A stretch of DNA of 64,000 nt from an uncultured Phycisphaerales bacterium (GCA_963755915.1 CAVWLP010000002.1:1824001-1888000), one strand, 5' to 3'; counted from the stretch's first letter, positions 41,357 through 54,751 are shown. Notes: a model not told the origin generated them from the letters alone. Program-made: numbers and translations.

Positions 41357-42905
41357 TTATTTGCGGCCAATATCGCGCCGGGTTACTTCTTGTTTTAGCA
41401 TAGCCACCACGTCGTTAATAACGGCTTCCCAATCCCCCTCCCTGGGCTGCCGAAAGAGGCGCATGGTCGGATACCACGGCGAATCGTGCCGATCGAGCAG
41501 CCAGCGCCAATCGGGGTAATGGAGCAGAAGGGTCCAGACGGGGCGTCCAAGGGCGCCGGCGAGGTGCGCCGCGGCCGTGTCGATTGAAATCACAAGATCC
41601 AGATTCGCGGTCAGCGCGGCGGTTTGGGCGAAGTCGCGCAGATCTGCGCCAGTCGACGAGTGGCACCTGGGGCGGCGCCTCAGTGTCGGGATCGTGGGGC
41701 TGCACGCAGAAGAAGACCACGTTATCAACCTCCGCAAACGGGGCCAGGAGGGGGCTTGGAATTGATCGATTTCCGCCGTCGGCAAGCATGCGCCGGCCGG
41801 ACCAGGCGAGCCCTACCTTTAATTTGCCGCCATACGGCGCCATTTTTCCTCGCCAGTGCTCGACCAGCGCTGGGTCGGTGTGCAGATAGGGGTTGTCTTT
41901 GGGGATGTGGTGCAGATCGGGACAGAAAATCTGTCCGAGGCTCAGCAGGGGGCAATGCAGATCGAACGATGGAATTGGCCGGCCTGTGGGGACGATCTGT
42001 TCGATCCCGCGCAAGCCGGCGAAAAGTCCTGCCAATTCGGGCAACGACTGAAGCAGGACGCGGCCGCCGCGATCGGCAACGAGCGGGGCAAAACGCGCAA
42101 ATTGGATCATGTCTCCGAAGGCCTGCTCGATATGCAGATATACCCGCTGGCCGGTTAGAGGTTGTCCCATCCACTGCGGCTGCGCGAAATTCCGAGGCGG
42201 GCATAGCGAGGCAATGCGCCTGCGCCATTCGTATTCCGCCCAGCCTCTTTTCAAATCCCCATGTTGAAGGAGCAGGAGGGAATAATTCCAATGTGCTTCG
42301 GCAAATTGGGGTCGTGCCGCGATCGCCCGCTCAAAGGCCCTGCTTGAGTCGGCAAAACGCCGCAGGCGGCGCATTTCATTCCCGATCCGAATATGCGCTT
42401 CGGCCAGATTGCTGTCCAGCGCAACGGCGCACTGGAATTGCGTTATCGCCTCGTCGGTTTTTGACTGATCTGCCAGGACGATTCCAAGGTTGTAATGTGC
42501 CGCGGCGTGATCGGACTGGAGGGCAATCGCATGCTCCAGGCTGGCCACGGCCCGGTCCAGTTGGCCCATTCTTCGGTGGAATTCGCCAAGATTTACGTAG
42601 TAGTCCGCGGCGAGCGGCTTGATCGAAATTGCGCGATTGATCAGGGCTACTGCCGAATCAAGACGATCCGATCCGGCTTCCACGAGGCTTTGAAGCTGGA
42701 GCGCGTCGACGTTGTTCGGATCCTGGGCCAGCACCTGCGTGCAAAGCGACCGAGCCTCGGCCAATCGACCGCGGTTAAAATGATTTAGCGCGAGGATGAC
42801 CGCGTTTTCGAGAGTCACGATAGGGATAGTACCGCGATGTGCGGGATCGAAAAACAAACGGGCGCTGCCGGCGATCATGGCATTGTTACCGGCCAAATTC
42901 CGCAA
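41357..42905 (-). CDS. TPR protein with C-terminal GT9-like glycosyltransferase domain; frameshift near 41645; start probably near 42820
   Basis: TPRs; EQAFGDMIQFAR, KVGLAWSG, LDLVISIDTAAAHLAGALG and SPWYPTMRLFRQ. Confidence 0.9.
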
Positions 42906-43408
42906 TTGGCTCTTCCGAGGATTTTGGCGAGGACGGTTCCATCATCAAATTCCACGTGTCCATCGCCAAAGAGAATGTTTGCTCCGCCGTTGGGCTGGGC
43001 CGGGAGTTCGTAGGCGATGATGTCGTCCGGCCTCACCGTCATGGTGGTGAATCCGCGGCCCAGATAAACGTAAGAGACATGAGCCGAATCGGCCAGTTGA
43101 TCTGCCGCGGCCTGAGTTGTCGGTCCACTCGCCGGCGTCTCGGATCGCGAGGGTGAGACAAAGACGGGGCTGGTGATGTCCTCATTCAGAAGGATTGTGC
43201 CGAAGGAATCCGGGTATTGGCCGTTAAAGTCTTGGGTGTAGAGCAGGATCGCCTGGCCGATCTGGCGAAGATTCGACATGGATTTGACGCGCGGCGACGT
43301 GTTCGGCTCTTTGTTCTGGCTTGGCAGCAGGAATAGACTCGCGGCGCCGATCGCCAAGACGACCAATATTCCGCCTATCCAGAATGAGCGTTTGGCGGTC
43401 ATCAACAC
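42875..43408 (-). CDS. Short DUF1559/H-X9-DG-like membrane-anchored protein
   Basis: TM, SNLRQIGQAILLY and GANILFGDGHVEF. Confidence 0.8.
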   Translation of the reverse strand: MLMTAKRSFWIGGILVVLAIGAASLFLLPSQNKEPNTSPRVKSMSNLRQIGQAILLYTQDFNGQYPDSFGTILLNEDITSPVFVSPSRSETPASGPTTQAAADQLADSAHVSYVYLGRGFTTMTVRPDDIIAYELPAQPNGGANILFGDGHVEFDDGTVLAKILGRANCGIWPVTMP

Positions 43409-43513
43409 TGCTCATTGGGGATAATGCGCCAAGTTGCGATTCGGATTTCGAATTCGATTCGAAATCCCCCCGGATTTCTGTTGTCACCATCACACTGGCC
43501 GGTTAAAATTTAT

Positions 43514-43636
43514 TCGGCCGGTCAGGCGGCCGACGGTCCGCGTGAAGGGAATGTCCCACCTGCTTAAACAATTCAACAGGCGGTCTTGCGACCCCTTCGG
43601 CCCTAAAGTGCGGACTAACGGGCAAAACAGAAGGAG
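43514..43636 (+). ncRNA. Candidate structured cis-regulatory leader RNA of the ankyrin gene
   Basis: Nested pairings GTCCGC/GCGGAC, GAAGGG/CCCTTC and CCTG/CAGG, plus crossing GCCC/GGGC next to the AAGGAG RBS. Confidence 0.5.
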
Positions 43637-43641
43637 TCGTC

Positions 43642-45185
43642 ATGTTGACGCCCAATTCTTCCGTTCGTTCGATTCCCCCGCGGCCTGATCTGGAGCGCGA
43701 TCGAAAGCAGGCCAAGTCGCTTCTCGATGCTGCGAAGCGCGGTGATCCTGCGGCGCTGGGGCAGTTTAAATCGTTTCATCCTCGATTTGCGGAACTTGCC
43801 GGTGGCGAAGAATTCGCTCTTCACAACGCGCAGCTCGTGATTGCCCGTCAGTACGGGTTTGCAAGCTGGCCGCGGTGGAAGCAGTTTGTCGAAACACGGC
43901 GGCTCGATCGCGCCGGCACGCGGCAGAGCTGATCAAAGCGGCCTCCTCGAACGACGTTCGCAAGGCCCGCGTGATGCTGGAAGCCGAGGCGGATCTCGCG
44001 AGATTTGATCTGGCGACCGCCTGCGCGTGCGGCGAAGTTGAAACGGCTGGCCAAATCCTTGGTCGCGATCCGGGGCTCGCGAAACATAAATTCGGGCCCC
44101 TCAACATCGAGCCGATTCTTTACGCGTGCTTCAGCCGATTCCTGCGGGCCGATCCGGCCCGTGCGCGTGGAATCGTCCAGTGTGTGAGATTACTCCTGGA
44201 CAACGGTGCCGATCCCAACTCGCACTACTGGACCGATTGGGGAAAGGAATCCTGGCTGCAATCGACGCTCTATGGGGCGGCGGGGATCGCCAACAACATT
44301 GAGCTGACCACCATGCTTCTCGACGCCGGCGCTACGGTCGATCCGCACGACGAAGAAGAGGTTCTCTATCATTCGACGGAATTTCCGGACCCGACGTGCC
44401 TGCGATTGGTGCTTCAGCGCGGCAAGCCGCCGGCAAAGCAGGTCAATTACTGCATCGGCCGGGCGACGGATTTTGAATATCCGGAGCACGTTCGGCTGTT
44501 TCTGGAGGCCGGCGCGGACCCGAATTTCCGGGTGAAGTGGGACGGCCTTCGCACGCAGCTTCACAAGGCGGTTTATTTGTCGCGATCCGCGGGCATTGTG
44601 AAGATGCTCATCGACGCCGGGGGTGATGCGAACGCGGTTGATGAGGGCGGCGTCAGCGTCCTTCGCTCCGCGGTGCGCAATGGGGATCGGGAAGTCATCG
44701 AACTCCTGCAATCGCGCGGAGCGCGCGATGAAAGCATCACCGAAGACGACAATCTAAAGGGCGATCCGATTACGCTCTGCCTGGCGGCGAGTCGAAACGA
44801 TTTAAGCACGATCCGCCGGCTGCTGGACGGTGGCGCCGATCCGAACCGTCCGGCTGCGCCGGATCAAACGCCGCCGTTACACTGGGCGGCCTGGCGGGGA
44901 CGGCTGGCGGCCCTGCAGCTTCTGGTTGATCGCGGGGCCGACATTCATTGGCTTAACTCCTACGGCGGCAATGCGATTGGGATGGCGATCCATGGCTCAT
45001 GCCACTGCTTCGACCCCGAAGGCGGGGGAGGCATGAAACTGCCCGAGGAGGCCCTTGCGGGCGAATATCCGCAGATTGTTGAATTTCTGATTTCGCGGGG
45101 GGCAAAACTGCCTGAAAAAATCCAGGGCGGCAGCGAAGCGGTACAGGAAGTTCTGCGTCGTCAGGGAATACCGGATGCGGAATAA
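43642..45185 (+). CDS. Ankyrin-repeat protein with N-terminal RPDLE..RKQAK / AQLVIARQYGFASW domain; frameshift near 43915
   Basis: LLDNGADPN, FLEAGADPN and TPPLHWAAWRG ankyrin repeats; ORFs 43642-43932 and 43875-45185. Confidence 0.9.
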
Positions 45186-45236
45186 TCTCGCTTCGACCGC
45201 TTTTTGCGCGTCGTCGTGAATGCGTTGATCAGGCGT

Positions 45237-45479
45237 CTAAGACGCCCTTCGCTGCGACCCGTCTCTTCCAAGCGGAATGGGTTGTTCAACGCCGGCAACA
45301 AGTAGGAGATCCAGTGTGGCTGCATAAAGCTGCATCGCCACAACGATGATTCTCCCGTTCCTGGTCATCGCGAGATTCTCGCGACGGTGCACGTCATATC
45401 GGCTGCCATCTGCGGTGACGATACGAAAGGGCTCAAAGGGCTGCTTTTGCCTTAATCTTTGAATTTGCTGAATCGTCAT
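45237..45479 (-). CDS. Small hypothetical protein (PF.PF...DG family)
   Basis: QPFEPFRIVTADGSRYDV...LDLLLVAGVE; paralogue of 21745-21977. Confidence 0.7.
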   Translation of the reverse strand: MTIQQIQRLRQKQPFEPFRIVTADGSRYDVHRRENLAMTRNGRIIVVAMQLYAATLDLLLVAGVEQPIPLGRDGSQRRAS

Positions 45480-45521
45480 AACTGGATTGTAATATGAATG
45501 TTGATTTCGCTCGTCGCATTC

Positions 45522-45972
45522 CTATGGATGCAAATTCGGATTTTCCACCTGCAATCCTTCGGCGATAGCGGCAGCATTTAATTCATCGTCGGCGGAAACA
45601 AGATAGAAACTTGCGGATGCAGGCGGTTCCGGACTAGAAAGCAAAGCACACGCAAGTTGAAGCGCATCTGCCGCGCCAGTGCGTGCGCCGCGGCCAATGC
45701 CACGGCGCGGGCGATTACCGGGCCTTGCAGCTCGATAATCTCAAAGATTTCTTGCATCTCCCGATCAAGCGTCGTCAGCGCGTTGTAACCTGTTCCGGTG
45801 TTATGCCACGCTCCCGGCCGCGGCGCACGATGGCAGAAGTTACCTCAATATGTGCCAGTCTTGCCACGACAATACGCTCTGATACCCCAGGCAAATTCAG
45901 CATCCACTGACTTCCCGCCTCACGCCGATAGCGCTTTAACAACGCCGATGAATCCAGGAAATACTGGGGCAT
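45522..45972 (-). CDS. vapC: VapC-family PIN-domain toxin (frameshifted)
   Basis: YFLDSSALLKRY...E; shifted frames give GAADALQLACAL and LVSADDELNAAAIAEGLQVENPN. Confidence 0.85.
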
Positions 45973-45977
45973 GAAAA

Positions 45978-46253
45978 TTAGCGTCGATCGCGAATCAACT
46001 CATCGGAGAGCGAGCCGCCAGGCATTTCAATCGGTCTCCACGCCATGAAACGCGCCAGGACTTCCGGACTTGGTTTTGGAGGAACTGTTCGTACCACGCC
46101 GCGCTGCCGGAGCAAGTGATCCAACTGCTGCTCGCTTTGTGGTTGAGCCTGCAGGACAGCACGCTCATTAAGCAGACGCACAAGCTGCTCGCGCTCCGCG
46201 TCATTTAGCGCTTGCGCCGCTTGGAAGAGCTTATTCACGTTTTGGCTGACCAT
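45978..46253 (-). CDS. Putative antitoxin of the VapC toxin
   Basis: Immediately upstream of vapC; C-terminal GGSLSDELIRDRR typical of VapB-like partners. Confidence 0.75.
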   Translation of the reverse strand: MVSQNVNKLFQAAQALNDAEREQLVRLLNERAVLQAQPQSEQQLDHLLRQRGVVRTVPPKPSPEVLARFMAWRPIEMPGGSLSDELIRDRR

Positions 46254-46302
46254 GTTTCGCTCTTATTTTGAGATTGTACCATCGGAACAGGCAACGCGCA
46301 AG

Positions 46303-46340
46303 AAAAACAAAAAAGCCCGGAGTCTTTGGACTCCGGGCTT
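46303..46340 (-). terminator. Intrinsic terminator ending the 16S-only transcript
   Basis: 12-bp stem AAGCCCGGAGTC/GACTCCGGGCTT followed on the minus strand by a T-rich tract. Confidence 0.85.
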
Positions 46341-46480
46341 GGGCTTGTTCTTCAACAAATGAATAGTCGGAAAACCATTCACCGATGTTGCCACCGGCGT
46401 TTTCACGGTTCTGCACCGCGAACGAGATTGTGCTGACGATAGGCTTTTACAGATTGCTCTGCAAAAGATTCTAAGTAATC

Positions 46481-47989
<1,509 letters not shown>

Positions 47990-48562
47990 GTATTTCTTGG
48001 ACCCGATCGCTCCTCCAGCACGGCGTGACGCGGTGAAGCGCTGGCCGTGACTAACGGTTTCGCAATCGGGGTTATCCTCGAAACGAGTTTGCCCACCGAT
48101 CGATTTAAGACAAATCAATCGGATGTTTCTGCCCCTTTGCCGGCTTGGGCAAAAGGGTCAGTCCCGATCCACCGATCCAAACAACAGACCGGCTTCTCGA
48201 GAGCAAGGCTCAAACATCTTCGATGGCTTACTTACTCAAACTAATGATCAAGGAAGATCACTTGGCAGAACCGGACGTTTGACGGTCCAATCCTGCCGTT
48301 TGCGTGTAACCACAAGGATGCTTGAGAAAAAAACTTCAAACCCGATTGTCACCGGCCTAAAGGTCGTGAAACCTGAAAACCGGCACGTTCGGATTCGTCC
48401 ACGGCGAAATGTACACCAATTCGCCTGGACACACATCCTCGCGGTTATCCGACTATTCACTTGTCAAAGAACAGAGAAACAATCATAAACCACCGCGGCA
48501 AAACAGGTTGCCGCCGTGATTGCTCCCACAAAAAGCTTTTTGAACTTCAGCGGGGGAGGCAG

Positions 48563-48829
48563 ATGTTATCCTTTGTTTAGCGGTTGTCAATCCAAAGCGG
48601 AAAAATCAACAGCTAAACCGTCCCATCAGTCAAAACGGAAACCTCTTATCGGCTCAAAGGGCCGATGAAGGCCAGTTCCATCCTGATTTTCAGGTGTTGC
48701 CTAGCGCAACGGACAGCAAAGGCCTTTTAAGTTTGCCGCAGTTCAATCACCGCAGCCGGGCCGTTGCCGGAGGAAAGGTTAAACCAACAGCATTATTCGC
48801 ATGTGGAGGGGCGGCGTCAAGTTTTTTTT
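48563..48829 (-). promoter_or_regulatory. Tandem rRNA promoters
   Basis: TTGACA-N16-TAACAT (48590-48563) and A-tract plus TTGACG-N17-AATAAT (48820-48792); boxA-like TGTTCTTTGACA near 48472-48461. Confidence 0.65.
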
Positions 48830-49126
48830 GGGAATCGTCGGTCAGTGGGTGTGACGCAGAATGTTGGCCGCCGACGAAGAGCTCCGTAAAAAAGGGCGCA
48901 CGGCGAAGAGAAAATGTTAGACGCGATAGGCTTTGTTCATCGCGGATGGATTGCTCTAAAACCCCCAAGCTCATACAATAATTTGTTCGCCCCAATTGCG
49001 GTGGACGTTCCGCCTCAGGGCAATATTAACATTGTGCGATCGGCAGCGCGTGGATGCCGGCCGTGGATTTTTGGTCACGCAAAACAGAGGCATGGGCAGG
49101 AACTTAGAACTGCCGCATTTGGTTTT

Positions 49127-50893
49127 ATGGTCGATTACAATCTGATTAATTCGCTGGGAAATCTGGACGCTGATGTGGATGCCGCGGTTGCGACCGCGCT
49201 GGGGGACGCAGCCAACGATCTTTCGAAACTAGTGGCAGGAGACGAGGTTCAGGATTTCACGCCGGGGGCGATTCTTAAAGGGAAAGTTTCCAGTACTGCC
49301 GGGGATGATTTTGTCGTGGAGCTGGGGCTCAAGAGCGAGGGGATTCTTGAGCGATCGGAATTCGATGAGCCGGACAACGTGAAGGTGGGGGATGAAGTTC
49401 GCGTGCTGCTGGAAGATGTGGAGGGAGACACGGGGCTGGTCAAGATCAGCAAGCGCAAGGCGGACCGCATCATCAATTGGGAAACGATCATGCAGTCCAA
49501 GAAAGAGGGGAATCCGGTTTCGGGGAAAGTTACCAAGAAGATCAAGGGTGGGCTGCTGGTGGATATCGGCGTGCCGGTATTTCTTCCGGCCAGCCAGGTG
49601 GATATCCGCCGGCCGGGCGAAATTTCCGATTGGATCGGGCGCACGATCGACGCGGTCATTCTCAAGATCGACGAAGAGCGGCGAAACATCGTCATCTCGC
49701 GCCGGAAGATGATCGAACAGCAGCGCGAGGAGCTGAAGCGCAAGACGCTGGACGGGCTGCAGGTCGGGGAGGTGCGCAAGGGTATCGTCAAGAACATCGC
49801 CGACTTCGGGGCGTTCATCGACCTCGGCGGCATCGACGGCTTGCTGCATATCACCGACATGAGCTGGGGGCGGATCAATCATCCCAGCGAAGTGCTGAAG
49901 ATCGACCAGGAAATCGAAGTGAAGGTTCTGTCGATCGACAAGGAAAAGGAAAAGATCGCCCTGGGGCTGAAGCAGAAGGAAGCGAGCCCGTGGGAGAATA
50001 TCGAGCAGCGGTATCCGGTCGGCAGCGTGCACGAGGCGGAAGTCGTCAACATCATGTCGTACGGCGCGTTCTGCAAGTTGCAGGAAGGCGTCGAGGGGCT
50101 GGTGCATATCAGCGAAATGTCGTGGACGAAGCGCATCAACCATCCGAGCGAGGTGGTTACCCAGGGCCAGCACGTGAAGGTGAAGGTGCTGGAGATCAAC
50201 AAGGACAAGCAGGAAATTTCGCTGGGGATGAAGCAGGTGGAGGAGAATCCGTGGGAGCGCGTGGCGGAGAAGTATCCGCCGGGATCGGTGGTCGAGGGCA
50301 AGGTTCGGAATATTGCCAACTACGGGGCGTTCGTTGAGATCGAAGAAGGGATCGACGGCTTGCTGCACGTTTCGGATCTTTCGTGGACGAAGAAGATCGG
50401 GCATCCGAGCGAGGTGCTCAAGAAGAGCGAATCGATCAAGGCCGTGGTCCTTTCAGTAGATCAGGAAAAGCAGCGGATCGCGCTGGGGCTGAAGCAGATG
50501 CAGGAGGATCCGTGGAAGACGGTGATTCCGGCGAACTATCAGCCGGGTATGGTCGTGAAAGGACACGTTACCAAGATCGCCAACTTCGGCGTGTTCGTGG
50601 AGCTTGAGCCTGGGCTTGAGGGGCTGCTGCATATCTCCGAGATTTCGGACCAGAAGGTGGAGAAGCCGGAGGATTTGCTGAAGGTGGGGCAGGAGCTGGA
50701 AGTGAAGATCCTGCGCGTGGACAGCGAAGAGAGGAAGATTGGGCTGTCGCTGAAGCGTGCGCAGTGGGCGCAGGAAGAGGAGGCGCGGGAAAGCGCGCGT
50801 GCGCAGCGGGCCGAGAAGCGCGGGTTGCGCGGCGGGCTGGAAGGCGGGGAGCAAACCCGCGGGCTGGGCGATATCGACATCACCGACGAGTAA
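49127..50893 (+). CDS. rpsA: 30S ribosomal protein S1
   Basis: Six S1 repeats (FGAFIDLGGIDGLLHITDMSW etc.); likely start MVDYNLI at 49127. Confidence 0.97.
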   Translation: MVDYNLINSLGNLDADVDAAVATALGDAANDLSKLVAGDEVQDFTPGAILKGKVSSTAGDDFVVELGLKSEGILERSEFDEPDNVKVGDEVRVLLEDVEGDTGLVKISKRKADRIINWETIMQSKKEGNPVSGKVTKKIKGGLLVDIGVPVFLPASQVDIRRPGEISDWIGRTIDAVILKIDEERRNIVISRRKMIEQQREELKRKTLDGLQVGEVRKGIVKNIADFGAFIDLGGIDGLLHITDMSWGRINHPSEVLKIDQEIEVKVLSIDKEKEKIALGLKQKEASPWENIEQRYPVGSVHEAEVVNIMSYGAFCKLQEGVEGLVHISEMSWTKRINHPSEVVTQGQHVKVKVLEINKDKQEISLGMKQVEENPWERVAEKYPPGSVVEGKVRNIANYGAFVEIEEGIDGLLHVSDLSWTKKIGHPSEVLKKSESIKAVVLSVDQEKQRIALGLKQMQEDPWKTVIPANYQPGMVVKGHVTKIANFGVFVELEPGLEGLLHISEISDQKVEKPEDLLKVGQELEVKILRVDSEERKIGLSLKRAQWAQEEEARESARAQRAEKRGLRGGLEGGEQTRGLGDIDITDE

Positions 50894-50933
50894 CACCAAA
50901 TTGGAGACTGGGGTTTTGGAGTAGGGCGCAAAA

Positions 50934-50964
50934 GCGCACCCCTGCGGGGTTGCGGCTAAACGGG
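50934..50964 (+). repeat. REP-like family E copy
   Basis: Identical to 8586-8616. Confidence 0.85.
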
Positions 50965-51164
50965 GAGGGCAGTGTCTCTTGAACGCGCGCCAACTTAGGG
51001 ATTCGGGTTATTCTGTTTATCCGATTTGCCGCGCCGATCCTGCGGACAAGCGAAAGTACGCGCTATGTTAAACCGATGACTAGTAAGGCACTGTCGCGTC
51101 TCGGCTTTTGGAATCTGGCTCGAACCGGGCCGGTCCGATAAGCGTAGTGAACAGTGCCCATCCT

Positions 51165-51989
51165 ATGTCAACCACCGCCGTACAGTCGGGATTGCAGCTT
51201 TATCTACGCCAGATCAATGGCAATCCGCTCCTCACTGCCGAGCAGGAGAAGGAGCTGGGTCGCCGGATCGTTCGCGACAACGACCCCGTTGCGCGCGAGC
51301 AGATGGTGAGGTCGAACCTGCGTCTGGTAGTCAACATCGCGAAGCATTACGTGAATCGGGGGCTTTCGCTGCCGGACCTGATCGAGGAAGGAAACATCGG
51401 GCTGCTGAAGGCGGTTGAAGGGTTCGATCCGGAGAACGGGGCGCGGTTCAGCACTTACGCGAGCTGGTGGATCAAGCAGGCGATCAAGCGGGCGCTGATC
51501 AACAGCGTTCAGCCGATCCACATTCCGGCTTACATGATCGAGATGATGTCGAAGCTGAAGGCGGCGGTGCGCGATCTGGAAGAGCAGCTTGGGCGGATTC
51601 CGAATACGGAAGAATTGTCGAAGCACTTGAACGTTCCGGCGAAGAAGCTGAAGATCATACGGAAGGCCGTGAAGGCGTATCATTCACCGACGCAGTCGGG
51701 CAGCGCCGACGGAGAAGTCACGATCAACGAGCTGGTCGCGGACACGCACAATCCCGGGCCTGACGAGGTGGTGCGCGACAGCGACGAGCTTCGGCAGCTT
51801 GAAGAGCTGATGACCGACATGGACCCGCGAGCGGCGAAGATCCTCAAGCTCCGCTACGGGCTGGAAGGGGACGACCCGCTGACGCTGAAGGAGATCGGGC
51901 AGCGCGTGGGCCTGACGCGGGAGCGCGTGCGGCAGATCGAGCATGAGACGCTGGCGCGGTTGCGCGATGCGATGCTGGTCGGCGCGTAA
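51165..51989 (+). CDS. RpoD/RpoS-family sigma-70 factor lacking region 1.1
   Basis: [43 protein letters not shown] and [20 protein letters not shown]. Confidence 0.93.
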   Translation: MSTTAVQSGLQLYLRQINGNPLLTAEQEKELGRRIVRDNDPVAREQMVRSNLRLVVNIAKHYVNRGLSLPDLIEEGNIGLLKAVEGFDPENGARFSTYASWWIKQAIKRALINSVQPIHIPAYMIEMMSKLKAAVRDLEEQLGRIPNTEELSKHLNVPAKKLKIIRKAVKAYHSPTQSGSADGEVTINELVADTHNPGPDEVVRDSDELRQLEELMTDMDPRAAKILKLRYGLEGDDPLTLKEIGQRVGLTRERVRQIEHETLARLRDAMLVGA

Positions 51990-52088
51990 TATGGCGGCGT
52001 CGCGTGATCCGAACTTAGAAAAGCAAAGCGCTTCCCTGGATGAGCTGGCGCTCCGCTTGGGGGGTCGCGGCTAAACAATACAGATGCG

Positions 52089-52909
52089 ATGAAACAATTC
52101 ATCAAGGGAATGGTGAAGTCGGCTTGGCGGACTGTGTTGCCGGCGAGTGGCGCAGCTCGCTTCGGCTTTGGGTTCTGCTGGACACACCTGATTTTTCTCC
52201 GCGACTTATCAAGGAATTTACGTCTGAGCCTGTCGTCGTTCTGGCCCCGCATATGGATGACGAGGTGATCGGGCCCGGTGGAGCAGTTCTGCGGCATCTG
52301 CAGGCGGGGGCGCCGGTGAGCTTTGTGTTCATGACCGATGGGGCGGCGGGCGGGGCGAGTCCTGATCCGGGTCTGCCGGAGGTTCGGAAGGCGGAGAGCC
52401 GGAAGGCGGCGGAGATCCTGGGGGTTAAGCAATTGATATTCCTTGACGGGCCGGATGGATCGCTGGACGATTCGCCGAAGATTGTGTCGGCGCTGCTGGG
52501 GATTTTGAAAGAGCGCAATCCGGGCGTCATTTACGCTCCGGCGCTGTCGGATCATCATCCGGATCATTGGGCTACGAACCGGATTCTTCGGAAAGCGGTT
52601 GACGAGTTGCCGGGCGAAATCGCGGACAAGCTTTTGATTCGCGGGTACGAAGTCTGGAGCACGGCGCCCGTCAATCGGATGATCGATATCACCTCGGTGG
52701 CGGATACCAAGCGGGCGGCAATCGACGCGTTTGTCTCGCAGACCAGCATGGTCGATTACTCGCGGGCGATCCTGGGATTGAATCAGTACCGCTCGATGCG
52801 CCACATGGCGGGGCATGGGTTCGCGGAGGCGTTTCTGGAGACGACGCCTTGTGAGTACAGGCGGCTGTTTGATCAGATCAAGATAAAGAGCTCGTTTGAG
52901 GAAAAGTGA
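52089..52909 (+). CDS. PIG-L/LmbE family deacetylase (probable frameshift near 52150)
   Basis: APHMDDE, MTDG, RKAESRKAAEILG and DHHPDH. Confidence 0.9.
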
Positions 52910-53119
52910 GTGACGCCGCGGCGCGAGCGGTTGATATCCCAGAATATCTCACTTTATCACACATTTCAGGGATATAGCCGGGGGGATTGGATTGTGACAA
53001 GGATTTCCCACTATTCCCCAAAATTCCCCATAATTCAGGAAGATGGGCGGCTATCCGCGGCGCTTTGTGATGGGAAACAGCGTTCATCTATATACAGGTC
53101 CAAAAGGTGTACGTTTTGT

Positions 53120-54607
53120 TAATCCCGTTCGGCACGCAGGCTTCATCGGAGCATTCCAAAGCTGTGGAGGACGCGAAACAATTGAAGCTTAGATACTTTT
53201 ACTTTCCCCTGCTGCACGCCGGCGTCCGCAAGAGCGCAGCATCAACCGCGAGGTCTCCGCGGCGACGGATTCCCCTTCAGTTTACTCCCAGTTTTTTCAA
53301 GGCCTCCGCTCTTGCCCTCAGCTTAATCCCGGTGTTATCCGGCTTGTTCAGGAATCGAAGCACGTCCTGTTCCTCGGCCAGCCCCAGCAGATACCAGCCG
53401 ATCATGTTCCGCATCGCCTTGTTCGGCTTCCTGCCGCTGATCAGCTGAATCAGCACGCAGACGATCAGCGCGCAGTGGATTTGGATGTCGATCCCCTCCT
53501 GGCGTTGGCTCAGCAGGTGACGCATGCCCAGCAGTTGCTTGAAGATCCGGAAGAACAACTCAACGGTGTAGCGGTACAGATAAATCAGGGCGATCAATTC
53601 CGCCGGCAGGTCCAGCAGGTTCGTGTACAGGATGATCAGGTCCGTCGGCTTGTTGCCGCTGCGCGTGCGGCGCGGATGGGGTTTCACCTGCACTTCCACC
53701 CGTCGCACCACCCTATCCGCCGCCGTCTCCAGGCCGTCGAGTTTCACCAGCGCGTCTCGCACCACGCCGCCGTCCAATGCTTCCTGTGAAAGCAATCGTT
53801 CTTCAAACAGCTCAAACACCGAGTTTTCCGCGGCCCGCATCACAAAGGAGCTTTGCGCCGCGGCGATGTCCGCAAAGAGGCTCCGGTCGGCGTAGCCGCC
53901 GTCTCCTACATAGCACCGTCCTGCTTCCAGGCTGCGCCGCAGGACGTTGTTTTCACGGTTGGCCCCCGCGTTGCGAGCGCCAGTGCGGTCGAGGCGATGG
54001 ACTTTGAACGTCTCCAGATCGAATTGAACGTGCAAACGCCAGCCATAGACCGCTTTCCCGTCCCGGGAGGTGTTGTAGGCGCATCGATGCCGCAAGCGGA
54101 TTTGGCCAGCCGACTCAGCGCCGTCAGCACCGTCCCGTCGACCAGCGTGATCGCCTGCCCAAAGTCCGCAAGACGCGGATCGGCGCCTGGGGCAGTTCCC
54201 CCGCCAATTCCTCAATCAGCGGCGTCAAACGCCCCGGCTCGAACACCCGAACCGATTCAGAGAAACTGCCCACGGAAAAACGCTTAATTCCCAGCGCCTT
54301 GGCCACCTTGGGCAGTTCAGCAACCTCCTGAAGATCCCGCAGGGATTGGATCAGCGGATTCCAGGTGTAAAGCAAAACCAGCTTGCAATAATCGTCGAAG
54401 TGAAGCTGGCGGTTCCCGGCTCGATCCCGCTCACAGCCCACATCCCGCAGCGTGGGCAGCAGCGCGAAGACGCGCCGCAGATGTCCGAGGCACAGGATCT
54501 CTTTTTCCTTCAGTCTTGCCTGCACGTCCGGCAGCATGCCATAAAAAGATCAAAGGCGCAATCTCAATATCTTGCTGCTTGCGCGAACCCCGTGCCGAAC
54601 GGGATTA
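53120..54607 (-). mobile_element. IS4-family insertion sequence
   Basis: 17-bp terminal IRs TAATCCCGTTCGGCACG; 9-bp target duplication ACGTTTTGT (53111-53119, 54608-54616). Confidence 0.92.
53277..54537 (-). CDS. IS4-family DDE transposase (frameshifts around 54050-54180)
   Basis: TLVDGT in the shifted frame, YVGDGGY, and YLYRYTVELFFRIFK (YREK motif). Confidence 0.9.
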
Positions 54608-54711
54608 ACGTTTTGTACCTATTTTTCAAAATGTTGGAATTTTTTTTGTGCGATGGGTGAGAATGCAAAGAATCTGATAGGCGTGGCCAGGAGTTTTTAA
54701 GGTCGAGCAAA

Positions 54712-54751
54712 CCCCCTCCCCAGCCCTCCCCCGGAGTACCGGGGGCGGGGG
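54712..54751 (+). repeat. REP-like family A copy
   Basis: CCCTCCCCCGGAGTACCGGGGGCGGGGG. Confidence 0.88.

Noticed and set aside
48914-49126. N-terminal extensions of RpsA (likewise QueA 19574-19711, PckG 25238-25291 and LysM 13705-13791)
   Set aside because: Longest-ORF artefacts; recognisable protein sequence or RBS begins at the downstream starts, and the LysM extension is translated repeat DNA.
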